Positions 40,713 through 49,572 of a stretch of DNA of 64,000 nt are shown piece after piece. The stretch spans positions 128,001-192,000 of the forward strand of contig JAWXAQ010000016.1 of the NCBI GenBank assembly GCA_034439575.1, given 5' to 3'. A program made the position numbers and the translations under genes. This DNA comes from Leptospira sp. (lineage in GTDB: Bacteria > Spirochaetota > Leptospiria > Leptospirales > Leptospiraceae). Numbering within the stretch: position 1 is the stretch's first letter; each line of letters starts with the position of its first letter. Below the pieces are notes generated by a model. The model made no database searches, was not told the DNA's origin, and saw only the letters and a program-made list of their open reading frames with translations.

Positions 40713-41441
40713 TTATAGGTCCTCCATAATTTGTTTCAATTTTGGATCGGGAGGCGTTTCTTTGAGAATGATAGGTGCTTTAATCGTTTCGCTTGCGCTG
40801 GCTTTGACATAACCACTCTTAGTTTCCAAAACTGAAAAAAATGACTCTAGTGCATTTCTTCCCAATTGGTTGAGCTGATCTTCTCGATTTCCTCTAAATC
40901 CCACATAAGGAGCATACCATATCAATGGGATTATGGTTATTGTACTTCCTAAAGCGAAACAGTCTGTCACATGCGATTTTATTTCATCTTCATATTCAAA
41001 AGGAATAACAGCTGTTTTGCCAATCTGAATCTCTGCCCGCATTTTTACTCTCACTAAATTTGAAGAGCAATGATCTTCAGAGATTAGAATAAATTCTTTT
41101 ACTTCGACTCTACCTCCATCACGAATCAAGGAAGGATAATTTTCAGGTCTTATGGATAATTCTTTTTTGATTAAATATTGAAGATTTCCATATTCGTTTT
41201 GCAATTCGTATTCTACGCCTAGATAATCAACTGATTTAAGTCTGAAAATATAAGGTTCATATCTTGCCATCGTTTTGGCTAAAGAATCAGGAGTCAGTAT
41301 AGAAATTTTTGGCTGTGTTTTGATTAATTCATACGGTTTTTCTAATGGGTAAGGCCTGTATAAACGAAGTGCCGTGGAACACCCATTAAGCGCCATAATT
41401 AGACATACAATGAAAAGTGAGCGCAATTCATTAAAAAACAT
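40713..41441 (-). CDS. Hypothetical lipoprotein
   Basis: Lipobox ALNGC; 242 aa; tightly coupled to its neighbours. Confidence 0.65.
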   Translation of the reverse strand: MFFNELRSLFIVCLIMALNGCSTALRLYRPYPLEKPYELIKTQPKISILTPDSLAKTMARYEPYIFRLKSVDYLGVEYELQNEYGNLQYLIKKELSIRPENYPSLIRDGGRVEVKEFILISEDHCSSNLVRVKMRAEIQIGKTAVIPFEYEDEIKSHVTDCFALGSTITIIPLIWYAPYVGFRGNREDQLNQLGRNALESFFSVLETKSGYVKASASETIKAPIILKETPPDPKLKQIMEDL

Positions 41442-42720
41442 AATTATATCCTATAAAAAAATTCGTCACAGTAAAGTAACGAGAGGATCTTTCTCCATTT
41501 CCGTCTGCTTCATATACAGCAGATGTTTTGTACCAGTCTATGATCGCGGAGGACAAAGAATCCCCGACCGCCGTAAAACGCGGTGTTTGTGACTCGTTTA
41601 CGATCCAAGAATAACCTGTCACCTTTGACCCAAAACTAAACCGGTGATTTTGCATTAATAATAAAGATACAACAGCCGTCGCATCAGCTCCACCAACTGT
41701 CATAGGTGCAGGGTGATCCGATTCTATTTTGTACATTTGGGATCCCTGTATGCGATTGCCAAAACTATCTATACCACCTTCTCTCATGAATCGTCTTTCA
41801 TACATTAAAGACGCAACCGGTGTATAAAATAAATCAGATCCGAGTTCTATGCGACCAAAATCCATAATCGGAACGTAAAACCGAAATCCAGTACTCGGTG
41901 CGAGGAACTTTCCAGTTTCTTTTAAGTCCCCCGTTTGGTTTAAGGTTGGGGATAAAAAAGAAGACTCCGTTTTCCAACCACCTGCCCTAATCCCAAAATC
42001 CCAAGAAAACCATAATAATTTATCGACTTTTTCATGGATTTTGACCGCCAAACGGTGGTCATTCATGTGAAAGCTAGATTGGTATTTTGCAAATTGGAAA
42101 CCAAGGCCATAAGCATTGTGGTCGTAGGCACCGTTTATCGGTGTATTAGAATATTCAATACTCCACTTTCTGTTTTCTGCCATAAAAGTAATTTGTAAAC
42201 TTGGAATGGCACCATCTTTTGATCGAATCCGTTTGGGACCTTCTATCAATGGCAATACGGACTGATTTTGGTAGCCCAAATAATTTCTCGGCATATAAAA
42301 ACTTCCAGCCTGAATCGCAGTCTCTGGTGAGTCAAAGAGCCAGTCCTGCCCTGAACGAAAATCGCCGTTCGAAAGATTCCCACGAAAACCGACTTCCCAA
42401 AATCCTTTTAATAGAACTTTTGTCCCCGAGTCAAACGGTTGCAATACGGGGGGCTCATTATTTCCTGTTTGGTATTCAAATGGCTTGGGTCGTGCAAAGT
42501 TATTTTTCCTAATTTGTAAAAGCTGGGTGCGTTTGAAATCGGCTTGGTCTTTTTTTCCTTCTTTTTCTAGAACTTCTATTTCTTGTTCCAAACGAATCGC
42601 TTCGACTTCTTGGCCAAAAGCAGGAGAAGAAATTGTTAAACTTAAAACAAAAATTAAGCCAAAAACAATTATTTCCCAACAACTAACAAATATGTGATTG
42701 GTAAAGAATTGTTTCGCCAT
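41431..42720 (-). CDS. Putative outer-membrane beta-barrel protein
   Basis: Signal peptide ending AFG, amphipathic beta strands, C-terminal FFIGYNYVF. ATG 42720 has an AAGGA RBS; track starts at 42774. Confidence 0.6.
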   Translation of the reverse strand: MAKQFFTNHIFVSCWEIIVFGLIFVLSLTISSPAFGQEVEAIRLEQEIEVLEKEGKKDQADFKRTQLLQIRKNNFARPKPFEYQTGNNEPPVLQPFDSGTKVLLKGFWEVGFRGNLSNGDFRSGQDWLFDSPETAIQAGSFYMPRNYLGYQNQSVLPLIEGPKRIRSKDGAIPSLQITFMAENRKWSIEYSNTPINGAYDHNAYGLGFQFAKYQSSFHMNDHRLAVKIHEKVDKLLWFSWDFGIRAGGWKTESSFLSPTLNQTGDLKETGKFLAPSTGFRFYVPIMDFGRIELGSDLFYTPVASLMYERRFMREGGIDSFGNRIQGSQMYKIESDHPAPMTVGGADATAVVSLLLMQNHRFSFGSKVTGYSWIVNESQTPRFTAVGDSLSSAIIDWYKTSAVYEADGNGERSSRYFTVTNFFIGYNYVF

Positions 42721-42727
42721 GTTTGTG

Positions 42728-43573
42728 TTATCCTTTTCTCTTGATAAAAGCCTTCGCAAATTCTGGCAAGACAAAAGCGGATTTGTGCATCTCAGGGCTA
42801 TAATATTTTAATCCTTTCGGCAAACGACTGACATCTGGTGTAATGCTATATGGATCTATCGTATTTGACATAAAAGTAAAGCCTATGATTCCAGAAGGAT
42901 AACTTGGTATCGTTGTATAATAATATCCGTATTCAGGGAATATCTTTGGGATAAATTCAAATAAGGAAGTGATCACATCCCCATGGTACCAAAAAGATTC
43001 CGCTTGGGTGGCAATGATACCTGTCTTTGTTAAAGCACCAGCCATATCTCTAAAGAATGGTTCTTTAAATAATACTTCTGCAGGTCCCACAGGATCACTG
43101 GAATCTACTAGAATGACATCAAACCTACCTTTGTTTTCCCGAGCAAACTTTGCACCATCATCATAATAATGGATCACTTTTTTGTCTTTCATGGCATCCG
43201 CACATTCTGGGAAATATTTATAACTGATATCAACGACGGCTTTATCGATTTCGCAAAGTACTACTTCTTTGACCGATGGATGTTTCAAAACCTCTCTTAC
43301 CGTTCCACCGTCACCTCCGCCAATCACTAACACGGATTGAGGATTGGGATGACTCATCATCGGAACATGGGCAATCATCTCATGATAAGAATGTTCATCC
43401 TTGTTTGTTACCATAGTGACACCATCAAGTGTGAACATTCGTCCAAAGGCCTGGGTTTCAAAAATGTCTATTTTTTGAAACGGAGAGGTAAGACTCTCCA
43501 ATGTTTTTGTAACTCGGTAGCTGACCGCCCGTCCTTTCTCAATTTCCAATTTTTCTGTGTACCAAATCTCCAT
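42728..43573 (-). CDS. speE: Spermidine synthase (polyamine aminopropyltransferase)
   Basis: YHEMIAH, VLVIGGGDGGTVREV, CEIDKAV, DSSDPVGPA. Confidence 0.95.
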   Translation of the reverse strand: MEIWYTEKLEIEKGRAVSYRVTKTLESLTSPFQKIDIFETQAFGRMFTLDGVTMVTNKDEHSYHEMIAHVPMMSHPNPQSVLVIGGGDGGTVREVLKHPSVKEVVLCEIDKAVVDISYKYFPECADAMKDKKVIHYYDDGAKFARENKGRFDVILVDSSDPVGPAEVLFKEPFFRDMAGALTKTGIIATQAESFWYHGDVITSLFEFIPKIFPEYGYYYTTIPSYPSGIIGFTFMSNTIDPYSITPDVSRLPKGLKYYSPEMHKSAFVLPEFAKAFIKRKG

Positions 43574-43729
43574 AATGATGCTCCGAGCCTTATAACTTTA
43601 ATTTATGTCAGCTTGAAGCGATGCATCCAGAAGTGTAGTTTTTTTTCGGAACTAAAAAAGTACTTTCCAGAATCATTTTCTCGGTTAGAGTTTTGCGAGT
43701 TTTAATCATAGCGATCTAAAGGAGAAACA

Positions 43730-44842
43730 ATGCTCGGAAATTTAACAGAAAGTTTAAAGGGGACGGTTGGTGGTGTCGTGCTACTGATTGCATCTTTTCC
43801 TATTTTATTCAACAATGAAGGCTGTGCCGTAGACATTGCTAAGGGTTTGGAAGAAGGCTCCGGACAAGTTGTGAGCATTGATCCTACAAAAAGTATCTCC
43901 GCTTTTAATGGAAAATTGATACATGCCACTGGAGATACAAAAGCCAGTGCTAAAATCTCCGATGCAGAGTTTGGTGTTGAAGTCGCGGCATTAGTTCTAG
44001 ATAGAAATGTTGAGATGTACCAATGGCGCGAAAATACTAAAGAGGACAAAGACAAAAAGGCAGAAAAAACTTATACTTATGAAAAGGAATGGTCGAGTTC
44101 AGAAATTAATTCAAATCAATTTAACGATCCGAAAGATCATTCCAATCCACCTATGCCTTACGAGGATAAGGTGATTCGTCCAAATGATGTATCTCTTGGG
44201 AACCTAAAATTTTCTGATGCTTTGATCGCATCGATTTCCGCTAACGATGATTTAACTTATGACCAGGGAAGTATCAATCGTTTTAAATCAAAATTTGGAA
44301 ACAAAGCAAAAGTTCATGATGGTGGCATTTATATAGGAAACAATCCACTTTCTCCTGAAATTGGTGATATCAAAATCAAACACAAAGTTTCTATGGAAGG
44401 CACAACATCCATTATTGGTCTGTTAAATGGTAGCACGGTAAATTCCTACAAAACCAAAAGAGATACAAGCATACTCATGTTTGATTTTGGTTCCAAAGAT
44501 GCTGTGACCATGTTCCAAGAAGCCCAAGATGCCAATGTCACAAGAACTTGGATTGTCCGAGTACTTGGATTTTTAGTTATGTTTTTCGGCTTTCGTCTGT
44601 TATTTGGTCCTATTGCCGCGGCTGGCGGTTGGATCCCGATTCTTGGCGGTATTTTGGAAATGGGAGTTTCACTTGTGGCGGGAATTTTAGCTTTTTCTCT
44701 TTCCTTTGTCACGATTGCGATTGCATGGATATTTTTCCGTCCCTTACTCGGAATCAGTTTACTCGTATTAGGTGTAGGAGCATTTGTTTATCTTTACTCA
44801 CAAAAAGGTAAATTTAGCCAAAATCCAAAACCTCAGACGTAA
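43730..44842 (+). CDS. TMEM43 (DUF1625) family membrane protein
   Basis: LFNNEG, GKLIHATG, RNVEMYQW.E, PEIGDIKI, W..R..G, AIAWIFFRPL. Confidence 0.82.
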   Translation: MLGNLTESLKGTVGGVVLLIASFPILFNNEGCAVDIAKGLEEGSGQVVSIDPTKSISAFNGKLIHATGDTKASAKISDAEFGVEVAALVLDRNVEMYQWRENTKEDKDKKAEKTYTYEKEWSSSEINSNQFNDPKDHSNPPMPYEDKVIRPNDVSLGNLKFSDALIASISANDDLTYDQGSINRFKSKFGNKAKVHDGGIYIGNNPLSPEIGDIKIKHKVSMEGTTSIIGLLNGSTVNSYKTKRDTSILMFDFGSKDAVTMFQEAQDANVTRTWIVRVLGFLVMFFGFRLLFGPIAAAGGWIPILGGILEMGVSLVAGILAFSLSFVTIAIAWIFFRPLLGISLLVLGVGAFVYLYSQKGKFSQNPKPQT

Positions 44843-44855
44843 ATATTTTAATATC

Positions 44856-44889
44856 GAAGGGATTCTGGTCTTAGTATCGGAATCCTTTC
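44856..44889 (+). terminator. Hairpin terminator after the TMEM43-like gene
   Basis: GAAGGGATTCTGGT-N6-ATCGGAATCCTTTC stem with G-U pairs, followed by CTATTTT. Confidence 0.55.
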
Positions 44890-44981
44890 CTATTTTCGAA
44901 TTGGCAGGGTCCCCATAGTCTATCAAATAGTTTTTAGCGATATAAATTGCAAAATCCTATCATGACGACAATGCGGACTAT

Positions 44982-45431
44982 ATGAAAAAATACTATAAAG
45001 TATATTATCTCATCGGATTCCTTTCGATGCCCCTCTTTATCTTACTCCTTGTTTACGGTTATATTTTTTTAAACCAATTGGCAAGTGAAAGCCTCTACTG
45101 GGGTCATAACAAATCCTTCGCTTTTTCCCAGGCCCAAAGAGAAGGGAAATTGATATTACTCTCTGTGACCAAAAAAAGATGCGATGGAATGTATGGCCTC
45201 GAATGCGGGGAAGGAAAACCTGATCTCGGAGCCTACGTGCTTTTGAATCTTGTCCCTTCTGACCAAGACTTTAGCTCCATGATGACAGATGATCGCTTTG
45301 AAGAATTAAAAACGGGCGAATTGCCAAGGTACTTCCTATTAAACACTACCGGTGAAATTCGATATTCTTCCAAAGAACTACCCAGCGTTCAAGAAATGAA
45401 AACACTGCCGAAAGAAGAAAAATCTCCTTGA
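44982..45431 (+). CDS. Membrane-anchored thioredoxin-fold-like hypothetical protein
   Basis: N-terminal TM; W....AFSQAQREGKLILL...C and LPRYFLLN..GEI resemble the thioredoxin fold; no canonical CxxC. Confidence 0.5.
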   Translation: MKKYYKVYYLIGFLSMPLFILLLVYGYIFLNQLASESLYWGHNKSFAFSQAQREGKLILLSVTKKRCDGMYGLECGEGKPDLGAYVLLNLVPSDQDFSSMMTDDRFEELKTGELPRYFLLNTTGEIRYSSKELPSVQEMKTLPKEEKSP

Positions 45432-45435
45432 CCAC

Positions 45436-45451
45436 ATACCCCATGGGGTAT
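45436..45451. promoter_or_regulatory. CsoR/RcnR-family operator-like palindrome
   Basis: Perfect 16-bp palindrome ATACCCCATGGGGTAT just after a TTGACC -35-like hexamer, 25 bp upstream of the DUF302 ATG. Confidence 0.7.
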
Positions 45452-45476
45452 CTCTGGAAATCAGAGGTTCCCCATC

Positions 45477-45860
45477 ATGAACTACGGCTTCTCCAAAACC
45501 ACAAATGATTCTTTCTCAAATACGATTTCGAAAGTCACAGAGGCTTTAAAAAAAGAAGGATTTGGCGTTCTGACTACGATCGATGTGAAAGACACATTGA
45601 AAAAAAAGATCGATGTGGATTTTAAAAATTATACCATACTCGGAGCTTGTAATCCAAAATTAGCACATGCAGGTTTGTTAGCTGAAGAGGAACTCGGTTT
45701 ATTACTTCCCTGTAATGTGATTGTTTATGAAAAAGAAGGCAAAACGGTAGTCTCCATTTTTGATCCTATGATCATGACTCAAGTGATCAACAATTCCAAA
45801 ATGGATGCGATCGCTACAGAAGTGAAAGCCAAACTAGAACGAGTCTTAGCTGACATTTAA
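45477..45860 (+). CDS. DUF302-family protein
   Basis: LKKEGFGVLTTID, YTILGACNP..A, GLLLPCNVIVYE. Confidence 0.9.
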   Translation: MNYGFSKTTNDSFSNTISKVTEALKKEGFGVLTTIDVKDTLKKKIDVDFKNYTILGACNPKLAHAGLLAEEELGLLLPCNVIVYEKEGKTVVSIFDPMIMTQVINNSKMDAIATEVKAKLERVLADI

Positions 45861-45897
45861 GTGGATCAATTAGTCTTTTCGAAAAATTTCCTTCAGA

Positions 45898-46035
45898 GCG
45901 CCTCGCCAATGGATTCCCCTTTTCGCAAACTTTCCATTAGGCGATCCCGCTATCCGCTACAATCTTTCTGGAATGATTTGACTTATTAAAAATTTTATTC
46001 AAACCAGAAAGGATTTCCGCTTCTATCGGTGGCGC
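45898..46035 (-). ncRNA. Structured intergenic element resembling the Flavo-1 RNA / REP-like repeat
   Basis: Minus strand: GCGCCACCGATAGAAGCGGAAATCCTTTCTGG...CCAGAAAGATTGTAGCGGATAGCGGGA, then a second hairpin TCGCCTAATGGA/TCCATTGGCGA, closed by GCGCC/GGCGC. Family assignment is from memory of the motif. Confidence 0.55.
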
Positions 46036-46143
46036 AGGATTTTTGTAATATATAGAATTTTTTCCTCTCCAAGCTGTCACAAACCTCCCTTTCTTGGGTA
46101 TCCTATATAAAGGAAAAAAATCCTTTTGAAGGAGAAACCAATT

Positions 46144-46497
46144 ATGTTAGAAAGTTTAAAAGTACAAGGCCAAGATTTACTCACCCTGGAAAGTTTACCC
46201 CAATCAACAGCAATTGAAATTGCAATGGTGGAATGTGGAAACGAGAATATGGAAACATACCACCAGATGCGCTCGTTGATGTTACCACTTTTACAAACCC
46301 AGCCAGGATTCCTAGCATGGCGAGCCTTTAAGTCCATCACAAAGGATGGAATTATGATGGATCTTTTGTACTGGGAAAGTGTAGAAGATTGTCATAAAGC
46401 AGGAGAAAATCTTCAAAATTCAGAAACGGGGAAAAAGTTTTTCGCATTGATGAAACAAACCTTGGTCTTTGAAATGTTCGAACGACAAGCACTCTAA
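46144..46497 (+). CDS. ABM-like (dimeric alpha-beta barrel) protein
   Basis: LQTQPGFL.WR.F, MMDLLYWESVEDC..A; RBS AAGGAGA before ATG 46144 (track starts at 46126); TAATG overlap with the sigma gene. Confidence 0.6.
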   Translation: MLESLKVQGQDLLTLESLPQSTAIEIAMVECGNENMETYHQMRSLMLPLLQTQPGFLAWRAFKSITKDGIMMDLLYWESVEDCHKAGENLQNSETGKKFFALMKQTLVFEMFERQAL

Positions 46498-47342
46498 TGA
46501 ATACCAGTAAACTAGATGAAATCCAACTAGTAGAAAAGGCACGGACGGGAGACCGCCGTGCTTTAGAATCCCTACTCTCAAATGTCCAAACTTGGATTTA
46601 CAATGTCATTCGTCGGATCCTATTGAATCCACAAGAATCAGAAGATGCCACACAGGAAGTCCTTTTAAAAATCGCAACAAATCTTGCAGCATACGATTCA
46701 ACACGAGCCAGTTTCAGAACTTGGGCGTATCGGATTGCCGTCAATCACGCGTTAAATGGCAAAAGGGGACGTTTAGAAGAAATTACGACTGGGTTTTCTG
46801 GTTATGCCAAAGAACTAAAGGGTATGCCAGATATAGAAATTCCAACTAACGAACTATCAAACCCAGAAAATGTAATTTTAGTGGCTGAAGCAAAAGCCTC
46901 ATGTACTTTGGGAATGTTACTTTGTTTGGATAGAGAGCAAAGGATCACATTGATACTTGGCGATCTAATGGGACTTAGTGATAAGGAAAGTGCAGATTTA
47001 CTTGGAATTTCAAATGAATCTTTTCGGAAAAGACTCAGCAGAGCTCGCAAAGATTTGTATACGTTTATGGATGATCAGTGCGGATTAATAAATGAAAAAA
47101 ATCCCTGCCGTTGTTCTAAAAAAATGAAAAGTTTTCAAAACAATGGTTGGATAGATCCAAAGATTCCTCGATTTTCTATGCCCCATGTCAGAAGATTAAA
47201 AGAACAAATGAGTCAAATCCATTGTGAATACGAAGAATTTCGAAGGTTAGATTACCAGGAAATCTTTAGGGACCATCCATATTTCGAAACCCCTTCCAAA
47301 ATTTTAGAAGAGATGTTAGCCAAATATAGCCCTACAAATTAA
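46497..47342 (+). CDS. ECF RNA polymerase sigma factor with Cys-rich C-terminal extension
   Basis: ARTGDRRALE.L, SEDATQEVLLK, FRTWAYRIAVN, region 4 LGISNESFRKRLSRAR; CTLGMLLC and CGLINEKNPCRC. Confidence 0.9.
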   Translation: MNTSKLDEIQLVEKARTGDRRALESLLSNVQTWIYNVIRRILLNPQESEDATQEVLLKIATNLAAYDSTRASFRTWAYRIAVNHALNGKRGRLEEITTGFSGYAKELKGMPDIEIPTNELSNPENVILVAEAKASCTLGMLLCLDREQRITLILGDLMGLSDKESADLLGISNESFRKRLSRARKDLYTFMDDQCGLINEKNPCRCSKKMKSFQNNGWIDPKIPRFSMPHVRRLKEQMSQIHCEYEEFRRLDYQEIFRDHPYFETPSKILEEMLAKYSPTN

Positions 47343-47346
47343 AATA

Positions 47347-48234
47347 TTAATTCGTTGCCGTCTTAGCTAATTTCTTAGTTCGCATAACTTCCATTATGGC
47401 GCAAAATAAAATGATACCCCCTCCGAGCCAAAGACGCTCTGGAGGTATTTCATTTAAAAAAAACCAAGCAGATAAAATTCCATAAAAAGGACTAATGGTG
47501 GAAAAAATTCCAGCGGTCACAACGCTTAGTTTTGAAAAACTGCGAATCCATAATGTGTGCGCAAAAGCAGTGAACAATCCTGCAAGTAAAATCTGATACA
47601 AAAGGTAAGTGGGATTTGTCATCATAGCAACCAAACCTTCAGAAAAAGGTATTAGAATGAGAGATGTCGCAAACAATTGCAAACAAAGTAAATGAGCACT
47701 CGAATAATGAATATGCATTTCCTTTGTCAAAATATTTCGCAAAGAATAAAGCACTGCAGAAACTAAACCCCAAATGACTCCTTGAAACGAAGAATCTTCC
47801 CAATGAAAACTGGGTATGATGATCGCCAAACCAAAAAACGCAAATAGAGCAAGTACAAACGAAAAGGGATCAACTCGATTCCCACTAAAAATGGGTTCTA
47901 AAATGGCTGTAAAAACGGGATAGGTAAACAAAGACAACATACCGATTGCCACTGTAGAAACTTGGATGGAATGAAAGTATGTCGCCCAATGAACACCAAA
48001 CAACACTCCAATTCCAATGATTTTTAAAAAATCTTTGAAAGATTTTGTTTTTAAGGACTTAGCCCGAAGTAACAGGAATAAGGCGAGAAAAATGCAGGCT
48101 ATACTCGCTCTCCCCAAGATGATGGTAGTCGCAGGGAAAGGCAGGAGTTTAGCAAACAATGTCACGTTTCCCATAATGAAAACGGACAAGTTCAATTCAA
48201 GGATCGACTGTAGGCGAGAGGAAGAAGAATTCAC
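47347..48234 (-). CDS. EamA/DMT-family transporter
   Basis: About 10 TM helices in two repeats; HWATYFHSIQVSTVAIG, TYPVFTAILEP. Confidence 0.88.
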   Translation of the reverse strand: MNSSSSRLQSILELNLSVFIMGNVTLFAKLLPFPATTIILGRASIACIFLALFLLLRAKSLKTKSFKDFLKIIGIGVLFGVHWATYFHSIQVSTVAIGMLSLFTYPVFTAILEPIFSGNRVDPFSFVLALFAFFGLAIIIPSFHWEDSSFQGVIWGLVSAVLYSLRNILTKEMHIHYSSAHLLCLQLFATSLILIPFSEGLVAMMTNPTYLLYQILLAGLFTAFAHTLWIRSFSKLSVVTAGIFSTISPFYGILSAWFFLNEIPPERLWLGGGIILFCAIMEVMRTKKLAKTATN

Positions 48235-48241
48235 TTCTTCC

Positions 48242-48727
48242 TTAAGTTTCGACTCCCAAAAATTTGGCTATGGATTTTCTGTCTTTTTCCAAACTATGTT
48301 TATGGATTTCTTCTATCGCTTTTTCGACGATTGGAGAAACAAAAAGCAAACTGGATACAACATCCACATCATAACTTCTTTCCGAAGTTCCAGCACCACT
48401 TTCCTTATAAACACTTTTTCCCTTGATCACAAAAACATTGTCTTTGCCAGGAGGTGAAATCTTGAAAACATGCGTGTTAGTTGACAAATCAAAAGTGGAT
48501 TCTTCTATAAGGGATAAATCAGATAAAGCGGCTTGCAGGACCACTGGCATAGATCCGTCCAAACTGACTTTGCGTTTCTGTGTGATGATATTCCCCTCTT
48601 TTTTTTCTTCCATAAGAGTGACATTCTTTAAATCAGGAAACTGGTCTAGGTGTTTGTATCTTTCTTCTCTGGCATGTAACAACTTCTCTATAGAAACGGG
48701 GAAACTATGGGTAACGGTATACTTCAC
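48242..48727 (-). CDS. Hypothetical protein (DUF2505/SRPBCC-like)
   Basis: 161 aa; H.FPVSIE.L N-terminus and C-terminal helix typical of the helix-grip fold; coupled to the upstream gene. Confidence 0.55.
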   Translation of the reverse strand: MKYTVTHSFPVSIEKLLHAREERYKHLDQFPDLKNVTLMEEKKEGNIITQKRKVSLDGSMPVVLQAALSDLSLIEESTFDLSTNTHVFKISPPGKDNVFVIKGKSVYKESGAGTSERSYDVDVVSSLLFVSPIVEKAIEEIHKHSLEKDRKSIAKFLGVET

Positions 48728-49518
48728 TATTTTTTCTTTCCTTTTTTCTTAGCCACTGGTTTGGCCTTTTTGGCAGCTTTTTTCAGAGGTTTCTTTACTT
48801 TTTTAACATTAGAAACTTTCGCTTTTTTGACTGCTTTTTTCTTAGCTTGTGCCTTTGCTTTTGGTTTCACAGCAGGCTTTGTTTTCTTTTTGGTTGCTGC
48901 CTTGGCTTTTGGTTTAGAAGCCACATTCGCCTTAGGCTGGCTAGGTTTTTTGGTTTGAGGTTTTGATTCTTGTGTCACTTGGGCAAGCAATGCCTCATCT
49001 TCCCAATAAAAAACTTGGTCTGCAGGCAATGCCTGTTCCATGGCTCTTGCTTGTGCTTCGATCAAGGATGTATTCGCCTCACTGAAGTTAGCTAATTTTT
49101 GAAAGAGTAAATTGATTTTCGGATCTTGGAATTTGTTCCGAATCATAGCATAAAAATTTCGCGCGTCTTCGCCTTCGCGAACAGCAAGTTCCAGAGCTTT
49201 TTTTTCATCACTCTTAACTTCGACATTTTTATTTCGATCCAACTTATCCATAAGTTTAAGCATAGTTGAAGATTGGAATTTTTCTATCTCATTCAACTGT
49301 TTCAAATTCGGCAGTTCTTTTCCTTCCGCATTTTTATAAACTTCGCGAATGAACTTAATATGCTCATCACCATCTAACGCAAGTTGACTGAACAATTCAC
49401 GAATAGGGCCTTCGGGAAGTTGTTCGGATAATCTGAGATAAAATTGGAAACATTTGACTTCGTGATCAATTGCCGCAGCCACGGCTTCGATGAATGTGGT
49501 TTTTTTTAGGGACTTCAT
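48727..49518 (-). CDS. Ferritin/rubrerythrin-fold protein with Lys/Ala/Pro-rich histone-H1-like tail
   Basis: Two helix-pair repeats (A...E....FY...LF..LA....H) then about 80 aa K/A/P-rich tail ending KKKGKKK. Confidence 0.75.
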   Translation of the reverse strand: MKSLKKTTFIEAVAAAIDHEVKCFQFYLRLSEQLPEGPIRELFSQLALDGDEHIKFIREVYKNAEGKELPNLKQLNEIEKFQSSTMLKLMDKLDRNKNVEVKSDEKKALELAVREGEDARNFYAMIRNKFQDPKINLLFQKLANFSEANTSLIEAQARAMEQALPADQVFYWEDEALLAQVTQESKPQTKKPSQPKANVASKPKAKAATKKKTKPAVKPKAKAQAKKKAVKKAKVSNVKKVKKPLKKAAKKAKPVAKKKGKKK

Positions 49519-49572
49519 GTTTAAGATTCCTTAACGGATGCGCTCATAGTCTGACGGATCCTCTTAATGTTT

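Noticed and set aside
48707..48958. 83-aa hydrophobic plus-strand ORF (F/A/L-rich)
   Set aside because: It is the antisense shadow of the Lys/Ala-rich tail (AAA codons read as TTT).
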